A DNA stretch of 64,000 nt from positions 2,778,546-2,842,545 of the forward strand of contig OY776633.1 in assembly GCA_963675855.1 (NCBI GenBank), written 5' to 3'. Below, in pieces: positions 53,226 to 63,342 of the stretch (position 1 is its first letter; each line of letters begins with the position of its first letter). Position numbers and translations under genes: made by a program. The stretch comes from Christensenellaceae bacterium. GTDB taxonomy: Bacteria > Bacillota > Clostridia > Christensenellales > CAG-138. The notes under the pieces were generated by a model. That model did not search any database, had not been told where the DNA came from, and saw only the letters and a list, made by a program, of their open reading frames with translations.

Positions 53226-53948
53226 CTACCCCAACAACAGCGCTTCCAACTCCTCAAACCCGTCCACGGTATAGGTCGGCTGAATCTCTTCGCGCGCCTT
53301 TGCACCCTCTGGCCGCAGCCAGCAGGTGTCCATCCCCGCGTTGATGCCGCCTAAAATATCTGCGGTGAGCGAATCGCCGATCATGAGGTATTTGCTCCTC
53401 TTTTCGTCGCCAAAATGGTCGAACACGCGGTCGAAATACGCCTTGTCCGGCTTCTGCACGCCCATCTCCTGCGAGATGAACACCCCGTCGAACAGCGCGT
53501 CGAACCCGGTGCGCTTCAGCCGCTCGCGCTGCACGATCTTCAGCCCGTTGGTCACGGCGGCGATGCGGTAGCGTTCTTTGAGCCGCACGAGCAGCTCTTC
53601 TGCGCCGTCGAACAGGACCGCCTGCCGGCTGAGGTTGTCCACATATTGCGCGTTGAGCGCGGTCGCCCCGGCGGCGTCCTGCCCGAGATGCTCCAAAAAC
53701 ATCTCGAAGCGCACGCGCTGCACGCCCTCGCTGTTTAGCAATCCCTTTTCGAACCTGCCCCATACGACCGTATTGATCTCGCGGTACTTTTTGTAGTCGC
53801 GCTCGCCGATGGAGCTGCCCCGCTCCTCCATCGTCTGCATCAGCGCGATCTTTTCGCCCGCGTGGAAGTCCATGAGCGTATTGTCGAGGTCGAAGAGCAG
53901 GAATTCGTAGCGCAGGGGTTTTGTAGGATCGTTCGTCTTTTTCATCAT
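53226..53948 (-). CDS. HAD-IA hydrolase, YjjG-like 5'-nucleotidase family
   Basis: 'FLLFDLDNTLMDF' (motif I), 'AAVTNG' (motif II) and 'MIGDSLTADILGGINAGMDTCW' (motif IV). I moved the start to 53948; the ORF-track extension to 54194 has no support. Confidence 0.8.
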   Translation of the reverse strand: MMKKTNDPTKPLRYEFLLFDLDNTLMDFHAGEKIALMQTMEERGSSIGERDYKKYREINTVVWGRFEKGLLNSEGVQRVRFEMFLEHLGQDAAGATALNAQYVDNLSRQAVLFDGAEELLVRLKERYRIAAVTNGLKIVQRERLKRTGFDALFDGVFISQEMGVQKPDKAYFDRVFDHFGDEKRSKYLMIGDSLTADILGGINAGMDTCWLRPEGAKAREEIQPTYTVDGFEELEALLLG

Positions 53949-54117
53949 ACCCTCAAGGTTACAGTATTCGAGCGCGAAGTTCAACCAAATCCGCGCGTTT
54001 TGTCGTACGAAAAATCGCCGGGCTCTTTTGTGATTCGATTTTGCGCGATCATAATTCGACCACATTCCGCACTTATCATGAAAGTACGAAATGCAACCGA
54101 TTAAAGGAGGTGTAACC

Positions 54118-54543
54118 ATGAGGAAAGTATTGATGATTATCGCAATCGCCGTTCTGGTGCTCGTACCGGTCACCGCGCTCGCGCTGTACGCCAATTCCGC
54201 ACCCGCCGCAGACCGCGCCTACTACCGCGCTGAGGTGGTTCGCCCGGAATTGACCGAGCAGCAGCAGGCCGATCTGGAGGCGTCGTTCAACGACATGATC
54301 GCGCTTCGGAAAGAATCGATCGAAACGATGCTGGCGGACGGTCTTTACACCGAAGAACAGGCGCAGCTCGCGCTCGAGCGGCTCGACGAGATGGCAGCGT
54401 ACCACGCGGAAAACGGCTATTGGTACGGCTATGACGGTGAATTCGGCTGTTTCGGCGACGATGACTTCGGCTACGGCCGCGGTATGATGCGCGATGACAG
54501 ACGCGGCATGATGCCCGGTTACGGCTACTACGACTGGAACTGA
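54118..54543 (+). CDS. secreted/anchored LTXXQ-motif protein (Spy/CpxP/ZraP- or DUF2680-like) with a Gly/Tyr/Met/Asp-rich tail
   Basis: Signal/anchor 'MRKVLMIIAIAVLVLVPVTALALYA'. Two LTXXQ-like motifs, 'ELTEQQQADLEA' and 'LYTEEQAQLALE'. Tail 'GYWYGYDGEFGCFGDDDFGYGRGMMRDDRRGMMPGYGYYDWN'. AAGGAGG RBS. Confidence 0.6.
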   Translation: MRKVLMIIAIAVLVLVPVTALALYANSAPAADRAYYRAEVVRPELTEQQQADLEASFNDMIALRKESIETMLADGLYTEEQAQLALERLDEMAAYHAENGYWYGYDGEFGCFGDDDFGYGRGMMRDDRRGMMPGYGYYDWN

Positions 54544-54564
54544 GTTGGAAAGGCGGAAAGTGAA

Positions 54565-54750
54565 ATGATGTTCTTTTGGTTGTTATTGATCGGGGTTGTC
54601 GTATATCTGGTGCTGGCCAAGCCCGGCAAACGGATCGTCAGCCTGCCGAAAGTTAGCGAAGACCCCGAGGACGTGCTGATCAAGCGGTTCGTCAACGGGG
54701 AAATTACCCAGGAAGAGTATGAAAAAATGTTGAAAGTCATCAGAGACTAA
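54565..54750 (+). CDS. SHOCT domain membrane protein
   Basis: N-terminal TM plus the C-terminal SHOCT signature 'RFVNGEITQEEYEKMLKVI'. Confidence 0.75.
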   Translation: MMFFWLLLIGVVVYLVLAKPGKRIVSLPKVSEDPEDVLIKRFVNGEITQEEYEKMLKVIRD

Positions 54751-54764
54751 GGAGGTATGATACA

Positions 54765-55010
54765 ATGATGTATGTAAAAGGTTTAGGAACCAGCGGTATG
54801 TTTTACCACGGAGTCGGGTTTGTGCATCCCGCCGTATGGATCGGCCTTGGCGTGTTGTTTGTCGCGGCGCTGGTCGTCGTGATCGTGCTCGCGGCCAAGA
54901 AGAAGAACGCCGCGCCCGACGGAGCCGCCGATGCGCTCAAGCTGCGCTATATCAAAGGCGAGCTGACCGAAGAAGAGTATCTGAAGATGAAGGACGTCCT
55001 CGGCAAGTAA
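54765..55010 (+). CDS. SHOCT domain membrane protein
   Basis: A TM 'VWIGLGVLFVAALVVVIVLAA' plus 'RYIKGELTEEEYLKMKDVL'. GGAGG lies 9 nt upstream. Confidence 0.75.
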   Translation: MMYVKGLGTSGMFYHGVGFVHPAVWIGLGVLFVAALVVVIVLAAKKKNAAPDGAADALKLRYIKGELTEEEYLKMKDVLGK

Positions 55011-55048
55011 CGAGCGATGCGCCCTGAAAAACACAACGAGGTGGAACG

Positions 55049-55735
55049 GTGCAGTACCAGATTATGGTCGTAGAAGACCAGGCGGAAATCAGAACCATCG
55101 TTGAAAAGTACCTCCGCAAGGAAGGTTACGCCGTGCTGAGCGCGGCCAACGGGTTCGAAGCGCTTGAGCTCTTCAACGAAGGCGCCGTCCACCTCGTTAT
55201 TTTGGACGTCATGATGCCGGGCATCGACGGCTTCGAGGTGCTCAAGGAGATCCGGAAACTCTCCGAAGTGCCGGTCGTTATGCTCACGGCAAGACATGGC
55301 GAGGTCGACCGCGTGCGCGGCTTTCGCGCCGGCGTGGACGATTACGTCGTCAAACCCTTCAGCGCCAAGGAGCTCATGCTCCGCGTGCACAGGCTGTTAA
55401 CGCGCGTCTACCGCGAAGCAGACGAAATCGTCTATTCATACGGCGATCTGCATCTGCACACCGGCGGCATGAAGCTCTACCGCGGCGAAGAGGAGATCCC
55501 GCTTACGACGGCGGAGTACCGGCTGCTGCACGCGATGTTCCGAAACGAAGGCCGCGTGATGTCCCGTGAACGGCTCATCGAGCAGGCCTACGGGGACGAC
55601 TACGAAGGGTACGACCGCAACATCGACAGCTTTATCAAAAAAATCCGGCAGAAGATTGAACTTAACCCCCGCAGGCCGCAGATCCTGACGACGAAATACG
55701 GCGCGGGGTATCTATTTGGAGGGAAAAAACAATGA
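55049..55735 (+). CDS. OmpR-family response regulator
   Basis: Receiver domain 'IMVVEDQAEI..LVILDVMMPGIDG..MLTA' plus a winged-helix C-terminus 'LTTAEYRLLHAMF..ILTTKYGAGY'. GTG start behind GAGGTGG. Confidence 0.9.
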   Translation: MQYQIMVVEDQAEIRTIVEKYLRKEGYAVLSAANGFEALELFNEGAVHLVILDVMMPGIDGFEVLKEIRKLSEVPVVMLTARHGEVDRVRGFRAGVDDYVVKPFSAKELMLRVHRLLTRVYREADEIVYSYGDLHLHTGGMKLYRGEEEIPLTTAEYRLLHAMFRNEGRVMSRERLIEQAYGDDYEGYDRNIDSFIKKIRQKIELNPRRPQILTTKYGAGYLFGGKKQ

Positions 55736-57129
55736 CATTTAAACGGCAGTGGATGCTCGTGCTGGTCTTATCGGTCGCGTTGTCGGTCATTGTGAACTCC
55801 GTCGTGTTCGGCCTTCTGGTCAAACGTTACTTCATCGACTATTCGCAGGAGAATTACGACAGCCACGTTTCGCAGGTGGTCACATTCGCGACCGAAGCGC
55901 TCTCCGGCAGGGACTATACCACGCAGCAGCTGGAAATGCAGCTCGAGTCGCATTTAAGCGACCCGATCAATCGGATCAGGCTTTACAACAGCGACGGGGA
56001 ACTGCTCGCCGACGTCGGCACGCAGGAATATCCGATGATGGGTACGGTGCACAGCGAGATGATGCGCCGTATGCTGCCGTCATCCGCCGAAGAGGTCGAC
56101 TCGATCGATATCGTCTCAAACGGCACGACGCTCGGCAGGCTGAATATCACGCGCTACAGTTCCGTCGGCAATTCGCTCGGTACGAGGCGGTTTATGGCGT
56201 CGCTTGTCGTCAACAGCCTGCTTTCGTTCGCCATCGTATTCGCGCTGATCTTCGTGCTCGGTTATTTCATCAGCAAACGCATGAGCAGGGATTTAAGCCT
56301 GGCCGCGCAGCAAGCCGTCGATATCGACCTCGGCCGCGAAAGCAGCGCGCCGCAGTCGCGCGTGCTGGAGATTAAAACCATCCAGCAAAGCCTGGAGGCG
56401 CTCAGAACCCGCCTGAAGCTCAAGCAAACCAGCCGGAAACAGCTCGTCGACGAACTCGTGCACCAAACGAGGACCCCGCTCACGATCTTGAAAACGCATC
56501 TGGAGGGATTTGCGGACGGCGTGATCCGGTTTACGCCGGAGGAGATTAAAACCTGCGACGCGCAGATCGAGAACCTGTCCTCCATCATCGCCAACATGAG
56601 CGGTCTGATCGACGCGGAGCGCGAAATCGATAAAGTCAGCATCGGGCAGATCGAAATCTCCGCGCTGATCCGCCAGATCGTCGCGGCGCTGAAAGCGCAG
56701 TTCGATAAAAAACAGGTCTCGCTAGAAGCGTCGACGCAGCAGAAGGTCGTTCTCCGCACCGACCCGTACAAGCTCAGCCAGGCGATCTATAACCTGCTGA
56801 CAAACGCTTATAAATTTACCGAACCCGGCGGAAAGGTGCGTGTGGAATACCGCCTTGAAAACGGCAGGCTCGCAATCAGCGTGCAGGACACGGGCGCGGG
56901 CATCCCCGAAAACGAACAAGAGCAGATTTTCGACGCGTACTACCGCGGTAAAAACTCGGCGCATACGTCCGGCGAGGGAATCGGCCTCTATATCGTAAAG
57001 GAAAACCTGCGCAAGATCGGCGGAAGCGTCGGCCTGCGGTCAAAGCCGGGCGAAGGAAGCAGCTTCATCCTCAAAATCCCGATCGATTATACCAAAGAAG
57101 CCTCAACCGCCGAATCCGGCGGATCATGA
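55732..57129 (+). CDS. sensor histidine kinase (2 TM, HisKA + HATPase_c)
   Basis: H-box 'LVHQTRTPLT', N-box 'LLTNAYKFT', G-boxes 'VQDTGAGIP' and 'GEGIGL'. The start overlaps the RR stop (ATGA). Confidence 0.9.
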   Translation: MTFKRQWMLVLVLSVALSVIVNSVVFGLLVKRYFIDYSQENYDSHVSQVVTFATEALSGRDYTTQQLEMQLESHLSDPINRIRLYNSDGELLADVGTQEYPMMGTVHSEMMRRMLPSSAEEVDSIDIVSNGTTLGRLNITRYSSVGNSLGTRRFMASLVVNSLLSFAIVFALIFVLGYFISKRMSRDLSLAAQQAVDIDLGRESSAPQSRVLEIKTIQQSLEALRTRLKLKQTSRKQLVDELVHQTRTPLTILKTHLEGFADGVIRFTPEEIKTCDAQIENLSSIIANMSGLIDAEREIDKVSIGQIEISALIRQIVAALKAQFDKKQVSLEASTQQKVVLRTDPYKLSQAIYNLLTNAYKFTEPGGKVRVEYRLENGRLAISVQDTGAGIPENEQEQIFDAYYRGKNSAHTSGEGIGLYIVKENLRKIGGSVGLRSKPGEGSSFILKIPIDYTKEASTAESGGS

Positions 57130-57144
57130 CGAAAGCGCAAAATT

Positions 57145-57171
57145 AAAAGGGGGGCATCCCCCCTTTTTTTT
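57145..57171. terminator. bidirectional rho-independent terminator (HK gene / dehydrogenase gene convergent)
   Basis: aaaa-gggggg-cat-cccccc-tttttttt. Confidence 0.8.
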
Positions 57172-57199
57172 AGCCGTTTGATACCGGTTTTGTAAGCCG

Positions 57200-58162
57200 C
57201 TACGGGTTCACTACGTTGACCGGCGCGCCGCCGGTCCATGCGGCGAGGTTGTTTGCCGCCGTGTCCATGAGCCGACCGCGGCTTTCTTTGGACGCCCAGC
57301 TGATGTGCGGCGTGATGATACAGTTCTTCGCCGAAAGCAGCGGGTTGTCCGGTTGGATGGGTTCGGCGGACACCACGTCAAGCCCGGCGGCGTAGACTTT
57401 GCCGCTGTTGAGCGCGTCGGCGAGGTCCTGTTCCATAACGAGCGGCCCGCGGCTGTTGTTGAGCAGGATGACGCCGTCTTTCATCTTCGCGATGGAAGCG
57501 GCGTTGATCATGCCCTCCGTTTCGGGAAAGAGCGGGCAGTGCAGGCTGATCACGTCCGACTCTCGAAGCAGCGTATCGAGGTCGACATGCCGGCCGATCG
57601 CTCGCCCGGTATCGCTTTGATTCTTATCAAACGCCAGCACACGCATACCGAGCGATTTTGCGATTTGCCCCGTCCTTTGTCCGATTCTGCCGAAGCCGAC
57701 GATGCCCATGGCCTTGCCCTCGAGCTCGATGAGCGGATAGTCCCAGAAGCACCAGTCCGCGCTGGAACTCCAGCGTCCTGCGTGCACCGCGTCGCTGTGG
57801 TGCGCCACATGGTGGCAGATCTCGAGCAGCATGGCGATGGCGAACTGCCCTACCGCGGCGGTTCCATAGCTGGGAATATTACAAACGGGAATCCCCCGTT
57901 CCCGCGCCGCCTTTACATCCACGATGTTGTACCCCGTCGCAAGCACGCCGATATACTTCAAGCCCGGACAGGCGGCGAGCGTTTCGCGCGTAATCGGCGT
58001 TTTATTGGTCATTACCGCATCCGCATCTCCGATGCGCGATACGATTTCTTCTTTTCGCGTACGGTCGAATACGCTCGTTTCGCCGAGCGCTTCGAATCCC
58101 CCCCAGCTTAAATCGCCCGGGTTGAGCGTGAACCCATCCAATACTACGATTTTCATATCCAT
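57200..58162 (-). CDS. D-isomer-specific 2-hydroxyacid dehydrogenase (glycerate dehydrogenase-like)
   Basis: 'MKIVVLDGF', the NAD-binding motif 'GIVGFGRIGQ' and the catalytic context 'NSRGPLV' / 'ITPHISW'. The start is at 58162 (or 58156), behind a GGGAAGGG RBS. Confidence 0.85.
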   Translation of the reverse strand: MDMKIVVLDGFTLNPGDLSWGGFEALGETSVFDRTRKEEIVSRIGDADAVMTNKTPITRETLAACPGLKYIGVLATGYNIVDVKAARERGIPVCNIPSYGTAAVGQFAIAMLLEICHHVAHHSDAVHAGRWSSSADWCFWDYPLIELEGKAMGIVGFGRIGQRTGQIAKSLGMRVLAFDKNQSDTGRAIGRHVDLDTLLRESDVISLHCPLFPETEGMINAASIAKMKDGVILLNNSRGPLVMEQDLADALNSGKVYAAGLDVVSAEPIQPDNPLLSAKNCIITPHISWASKESRGRLMDTAANNLAAWTGGAPVNVVNP

Positions 58163-58328
58163 GATTCCCTTCCCAGATGAAATTGATCCCGAAATATAAT
58201 GCCTTCGACTGTTATCTATTGTACCCCGCTTCCGTAAAACGGGCAAACCGGACTTTTTTGTTGCCGTCACAAAAAGATCCTTCGGGTTGCCCGCGCAGGA
58301 TCAACTGAGCTATATACTTCGCATTTCG

Positions 58329-61300
58329 TTATGAAAAATAACGTACCGCAGACTCGAACAACCGCATGTCGAACTTACCCGGCACGTTTTGATAGAGCCC
58401 GGGACCGATGCGCTCGCTGTGCCCCATCTTGCCGAGTACGCGCCCGTCCGGCGACGTAACCGCCTCCACCGCCGCGTACGAACCGTTGGGATTAAAGCGC
58501 ACGTCCATTGAAGGGCAACCTTTTTCGTCCACATACTGCGCGGCGACCTGCCCGTTTGCCGCAAGTTCGGAAAACGCCTCCAGGGTGCACAAGAACCGCC
58601 CTTCGCCGTGTGAAACCGGAACGGTATAGATTTCGCCTGCGTTTGCCAGCATCAGCCAGGGCGAGCGATCGGACGTCAACACCGTGCGCACCAACCGCGA
58701 TTGATGCCGTCCGATGGCGTTGAACGTCAGCGTCGGCGACTTGGCGGAGGGTTTTACGATCCTCCCGTGCGGCACAAGGCCGAGCTTGATGAGCGCCTGA
58801 AAGCCGTTGCAGATGCCGAGCGCGAGGCCGTCGCGGCCGTCGAGCAGGCGCATGAGCGCGTCCGCCGCGCGCGGGTTTTGCAGAAACGCGGTGATGAACT
58901 TGCCTGAGCCGTCCGGCTCGTCTCCGTTGGAAAAGCCGCCCGGTAAAAACAGCGCCTGCGCGCGATCCAGGCGTGCGGCGAAACCGGTGAGCGATTCCTC
59001 GATTGACGCCGCGTTCTGCGTTTGCAGCACCAGCACGTCCGCAACGGCGCCGGCCCGCTCCACGGCGCGGGCGGATTCGTATTCGCAGTTCGTTCCCGGG
59101 AAAACGGGAATCAGCACGCGTGGTTTTGCAATCGCACTCCCGCGTAACACCTTTCGCTGCGCCGTATGATACGGCGTTATCTGAGGCATGTCCTCCGGAA
59201 CTTCCCGGCGCGTTGGAAATACGTCTTCGAGCGTATGCTCATACGCCGCTTCCAGCGCGTCCATTTCGACGCGCTCGCCGCGCCAGACCAGCGCGCGGTC
59301 TTCGCTCGTTTTCCCGAGCGGTTGGCCGACGTCTCTATCGTCCGCCAGTTCCAGCACAAACGCGCCGATGCGCGGCGCAAACAGCGCCTCACGCGTCAGC
59401 GTGTCGTTAAAATCAAACCCCATCCCATTGCCGAGGCACATGCTGAACACCGCCTGCGCGGCGCCGCCCGCGCCGGCCGCGTAGGCCGCGCGCAACCGCT
59501 TTGATCCGGTCAATTTCGCAACTTCACGCAAAACGCGGTTCATCGACGCGGCCTCCGGCAAACCGTCCTCACGATATATGGGACTGAGCAACACGACACG
59601 CGAACCGGCTCGCTTGAACTCCGGCGAGCAGACCGTATCCGTCTTGCCGATCGCCACCGCGAAGGACACCAGCGTCGGCGGCACGTCGAGAGACTCGAAC
59701 GAACCGCTCATGGAGTCTTTGCCGCCGATTGCGGCAACGCCGAGGTCGAGCTGCGCCTGCATCGCGCCGAGTAGCGCGGCGGCGGGTTTGCCCCAGCGCG
59801 CGGGATCGACGCCCGGCTTTCCGAAATATTCCTGAAACGTCAGATAACGCTCATTTAGCGGCGCGCCCGCCGCGGCGAGCTTGCAGAGCGAGTGTACGAC
59901 GGCGGCATACCCGCCCGTATACGGCGACGCCTCCGATAATTCCGGATCGTATCCCCAGCTCATCGTCGTGCAGGCGTTTGTTTCCCCTTTGGCCAGCGGC
60001 AGCTTCGCCGCCATGGCCTGTGCGGGGGTCAGCTGGCGCGCGCCGCCGAACGGCATGAGCAGGCTGTATGCGCCGACGGTCGAGTCGAAACGTTCGCTCA
60101 ACCCCCGACGCGAACAGTGCTTGAGGCCGGAAACCAACGCCGTATAACGTTCTGTTAATCCGTCCGGTAAATCCGGTTCGGTTTGCGTCTGCGGCGATTG
60201 CACACGCACTTTCGTATGCTTCGGCGCGCCGTTGCTGTCGATCAGGCTGCGCTTGAGGTCAACAATCGTCTCCCCGCGCCAGCGCATCGTCAATTTCGGT
60301 TCGCGCGTAATGCGCGCAACGGGCACTGCCGAGAGGTTTTCCTCCCGTGCCAACTCGACAAAGCACGCCGCGTCCGCGGCATCGACCACGACCGCCATGC
60401 GCTCCTGCGACTCGCTGATGGCGAGTTCCGTTCCGTCGAGGCCTTCGTATTTGACCTGCACCCGATCAAGGTCTACGCTGACGCCGTCCGCTAATTCGCC
60501 GATGGCGACGGATACGCCGCCCGCGCCGAAATCGTTGCAGCGCTTGATGAGGCGCGAAGCTTCGGGGTTTCGAAAGAGCCGCTGTAGCTTTCGCTCCTCC
60601 GGCGCGTTGCCCTTCTGCACCTCCGCGCCGCATTGTGCGAGCGAATCCGCGCTGTGCGCTTTTGAGGAGCCCGTCGCACCGCCGCAGCCGTCCCGCCCGG
60701 TTTTTCCGCCGAGCAGCAGCACGACGTCGCCGTCCTCCGGCGTTTCGCGGCGCACGTTTTGAGCCGGCGCCGCGCCGATGACCGCGCCGATCTCCATGCG
60801 CTTCGCGACATACCCCGCGTGGTAAATTTCGTCGACCAATCCCGTCGCAAGCCCGATCTGGTTGCCATAGGAGCTGTATCCGGCGGCGGCGGTGGTTACA
60901 ATCTTTCGCTGCGGCAGCTTACCGGGCAGCGTCTCGGCGTACGGCACGCGGGGATCGGCGGCTCCGGTGACGCGCATCGCCTGATAGACGAAGGCCCGCC
61001 CCGAAAGCGGATCGCGGATCGCGCCGCCGATGCAGGTCGCCGCGCCGCCGAAGGGTTCGATCTCCGTCGGGTGGTTGTGCGTTTCGTTTTTAAAGAGAAC
61101 CAGCCACTCCTGCTTTTGTCCGTCGGCTTCGATCTCGGTTTTCACCGTGCAGGCGTTGATCTCGGCGGAGTCGTCGAGCTTCGGCAGTTTGCCCTTTACC
61201 TTGAACCAACGGGCCGTGACGGTCGCGAGATCCATCAGCGTTACGGGTTTCGTTATGCCCAGTTCGCGGCGCATATTCAGATACGTGCGGTAGGTTTCCT

Positions 61301-62024
61301 CCGCGCGCGGGTCGTCGAACGCAACTTCGTCCAGCTGCGTTAGAAACGTCGTATGGCGGCAGTGATCCGACCAGTAGGTGTCGAGCAGCTTCAGTTCGGT
61401 CAGCGTCGGATCGCGCTGTTCCGCTTTAAAATACGCGCGGCAGCACTTGATGTCGTCGAGGTCCATCGCCAGCGCGTATTCCCGGATCAGTCCGCCCAGC
61501 TGCATATCGTCCATGGCGCCAAAGCCTTTCAGAACGGCGACCTGAGACGGTTGTTCGACACCAAATTCCAGTGTTGCAAACTCGTTCAGCGACGCTTCCC
61601 GTGATTCCACGGGGTTGATCACGTATCGCTTGATTACGTCCATCTCCGCGCCGCTGATCTCGCCGTACAAAAGATACACGCGCGCGGTTCGAACCCTCGG
61701 CGCTTCTTTTTGCGAGAGCAGCGCGATGCACTGTCCGCAGGCGTCCGCCCGCTGGTCAAACTGCCCCGGCATGTATTCCACGGCAAAAATCAAAGCGCCG
61801 TCATCCGGCAGCGCGTCGTATGCAATATCGATCTGCGGCTCGGCAAATACGGCATAGCGGCAGGAGGCGAATACCCCTTCGTCCACACCCTCCACGTCGT
61901 AGCGGTTCAGGATTCTCAGTTGTGAAACACTCTGTATCCCCAGCACGCCGTGAATATCGCCGATGAGTGCGTCCGCTTCCTGCGCAAACGCGGGCTGTTT
62001 TTCCACATAGATTCGACTGACCAT
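58329..62024 (-). CDS. purL: phosphoribosylformylglycinamidine synthase (single-chain large PurL)
   Basis: 1231 aa. It has an FGAM synthetase core ('ETHNHPTEIEPFGGAATCIGG') and a C-terminal glutamine amidotransferase ('LGICNGFQAL', 'SHGEGRF'). Confidence 0.95.
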   Translation of the reverse strand: MVSRIYVEKQPAFAQEADALIGDIHGVLGIQSVSQLRILNRYDVEGVDEGVFASCRYAVFAEPQIDIAYDALPDDGALIFAVEYMPGQFDQRADACGQCIALLSQKEAPRVRTARVYLLYGEISGAEMDVIKRYVINPVESREASLNEFATLEFGVEQPSQVAVLKGFGAMDDMQLGGLIREYALAMDLDDIKCCRAYFKAEQRDPTLTELKLLDTYWSDHCRHTTFLTQLDEVAFDDPRAEETYRTYLNMRRELGITKPVTLMDLATVTARWFKVKGKLPKLDDSAEINACTVKTEIEADGQKQEWLVLFKNETHNHPTEIEPFGGAATCIGGAIRDPLSGRAFVYQAMRVTGAADPRVPYAETLPGKLPQRKIVTTAAAGYSSYGNQIGLATGLVDEIYHAGYVAKRMEIGAVIGAAPAQNVRRETPEDGDVVLLLGGKTGRDGCGGATGSSKAHSADSLAQCGAEVQKGNAPEERKLQRLFRNPEASRLIKRCNDFGAGGVSVAIGELADGVSVDLDRVQVKYEGLDGTELAISESQERMAVVVDAADAACFVELAREENLSAVPVARITREPKLTMRWRGETIVDLKRSLIDSNGAPKHTKVRVQSPQTQTEPDLPDGLTERYTALVSGLKHCSRRGLSERFDSTVGAYSLLMPFGGARQLTPAQAMAAKLPLAKGETNACTTMSWGYDPELSEASPYTGGYAAVVHSLCKLAAAGAPLNERYLTFQEYFGKPGVDPARWGKPAAALLGAMQAQLDLGVAAIGGKDSMSGSFESLDVPPTLVSFAVAIGKTDTVCSPEFKRAGSRVVLLSPIYREDGLPEAASMNRVLREVAKLTGSKRLRAAYAAGAGGAAQAVFSMCLGNGMGFDFNDTLTREALFAPRIGAFVLELADDRDVGQPLGKTSEDRALVWRGERVEMDALEAAYEHTLEDVFPTRREVPEDMPQITPYHTAQRKVLRGSAIAKPRVLIPVFPGTNCEYESARAVERAGAVADVLVLQTQNAASIEESLTGFAARLDRAQALFLPGGFSNGDEPDGSGKFITAFLQNPRAADALMRLLDGRDGLALGICNGFQALIKLGLVPHGRIVKPSAKSPTLTFNAIGRHQSRLVRTVLTSDRSPWLMLANAGEIYTVPVSHGEGRFLCTLEAFSELAANGQVAAQYVDEKGCPSMDVRFNPNGSYAAVEAVTSPDGRVLGKMGHSERIGPGLYQNVPGKFDMRLFESAVRYFS

Positions 62025-63313
62025 TACCCGTTCGCCTTCCCGCCCGCACTCAGAATGGCGCGTTCGCCGATGTCGCTCCGGTAAAACGCGTTTTCAAATG
62101 TTACACACCCAAGCGCGTCATATGCGGCGCGCTGCGCTTCCCTTGCGTTTTCCCCGATCGCGGTTACGCCGAGCACGCGCCCGCCGGAGGTGACGAGGCG
62201 TCCGCCGTCCCGTTTCGTCCCCGCCTGAAAGATCTGCACGCCTTGATTTCGCTCCGGTTCTTCGAGCGTAATTTCACAGCCTGTTTCATACTTCGCCGGA
62301 TACCCTTTCGACGCCAGCACCACGCAGCAGGACGCGCCCGGCCGAAAGCGCACGCGCACCTCGTTTAGACGCTCCTCCTCCACGGCAAGCATGATTTCAA
62401 ACAAGTCCGTCTCCAGCATCGGCAGGACGACCTGCGTCTCCGGGTCGCCGAAGCGGCAGTTGTATTCGATGACCTTCGGGCCGTACTGCGTCAGCATCAG
62501 CCCGAAATACAGGCAGCCTTTAAACGTCCGCCCTTCCGCGTTCATGGCTCGCATGGTGGGTAAAAAAATCCTTTCGCGGCACTCGATGGCCAGTTCCGGC
62601 GTATAAAACGGATTCGGCGCGAGCGAGCCCATGCCGCCCGTATTCAAGCCGAGGTCGCCGTCCAAAGCGCGTTTATGATCGAGCGCGGAGATCATCGGAA
62701 TCATCGCCGTTCCGTCCGTAAACGCCAGCACGCTCGCCTCGTTTCCTGTGAGGAACTCCTCGATCACCACGCGGCTGCCGCTTGCGCCGAATACGCCGTC
62801 CTCCATCATGGATCGGACCGCGTCTTTCGCTTCCCGCTCGTTCTGCGCGATGATCACGCCCTTGCCCAGCGCCGGGCCGTCCGCCTTGACGACGGCTGGA
62901 TACGGCGCTTTCGACAGATACGCATAGGCATCCTCCGCGCGGTCAAACACCTCGTACGCCGCGGTCGGGATGCCGTATTTTTTCATCAGTTCCTTTGCAA
63001 AGCTCTTGCTGCCCTCAATCTTCGCCGCCGCGGCGGAAGGGCCGAAGCATCGGATACCCGCCGCGCGCAGCCGGTCGCACGCGCCCAGTATCAGCGGGTC
63101 GTCCGGCCCGATGACCGCGAAATCGATCTTGTTTTGCACCGAAAAAGAGACGATGGCGTCGATGTCCGTCGCCTTGATCGGGACGCATTCGGCGTGCGCA
63201 CACATGCCGCCGTTTCCGGGCAGCGCGTAAATTTTTTTGATGCGCGGATTTTTGCGCAGGTATTCGAGGATGGCGTGTTCGCGGCCGCCGCCGCCGACGA
63301 TTAAAACGTTCAT
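62024..63313 (-). CDS. purD: phosphoribosylamine--glycine ligase
   Basis: 'MNVLIVGGGGREHAI' and an ATP-grasp core. The stop overlaps the purL start by 1 nt. The start is ambiguous: 63313 is preferred for the canonical N-terminus, with 63325 and 63340 also in frame. Confidence 0.9.
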   Translation of the reverse strand: MNVLIVGGGGREHAILEYLRKNPRIKKIYALPGNGGMCAHAECVPIKATDIDAIVSFSVQNKIDFAVIGPDDPLILGACDRLRAAGIRCFGPSAAAAKIEGSKSFAKELMKKYGIPTAAYEVFDRAEDAYAYLSKAPYPAVVKADGPALGKGVIIAQNEREAKDAVRSMMEDGVFGASGSRVVIEEFLTGNEASVLAFTDGTAMIPMISALDHKRALDGDLGLNTGGMGSLAPNPFYTPELAIECRERIFLPTMRAMNAEGRTFKGCLYFGLMLTQYGPKVIEYNCRFGDPETQVVLPMLETDLFEIMLAVEEERLNEVRVRFRPGASCCVVLASKGYPAKYETGCEITLEEPERNQGVQIFQAGTKRDGGRLVTSGGRVLGVTAIGENAREAQRAAYDALGCVTFENAFYRSDIGERAILSAGGKANG

Positions 63314-63342
63314 ATCTGTATTCATCGATTTTTGCTTCATTT

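Noticed and set aside
53118-53354. 78-aa plus-strand ORF over the pyrimidine tract and the HAD gene end.
   Set aside because: It overlaps the well-supported HAD gene in antisense, encodes a Pro/Ser/Leu-rich product, and has no RBS.
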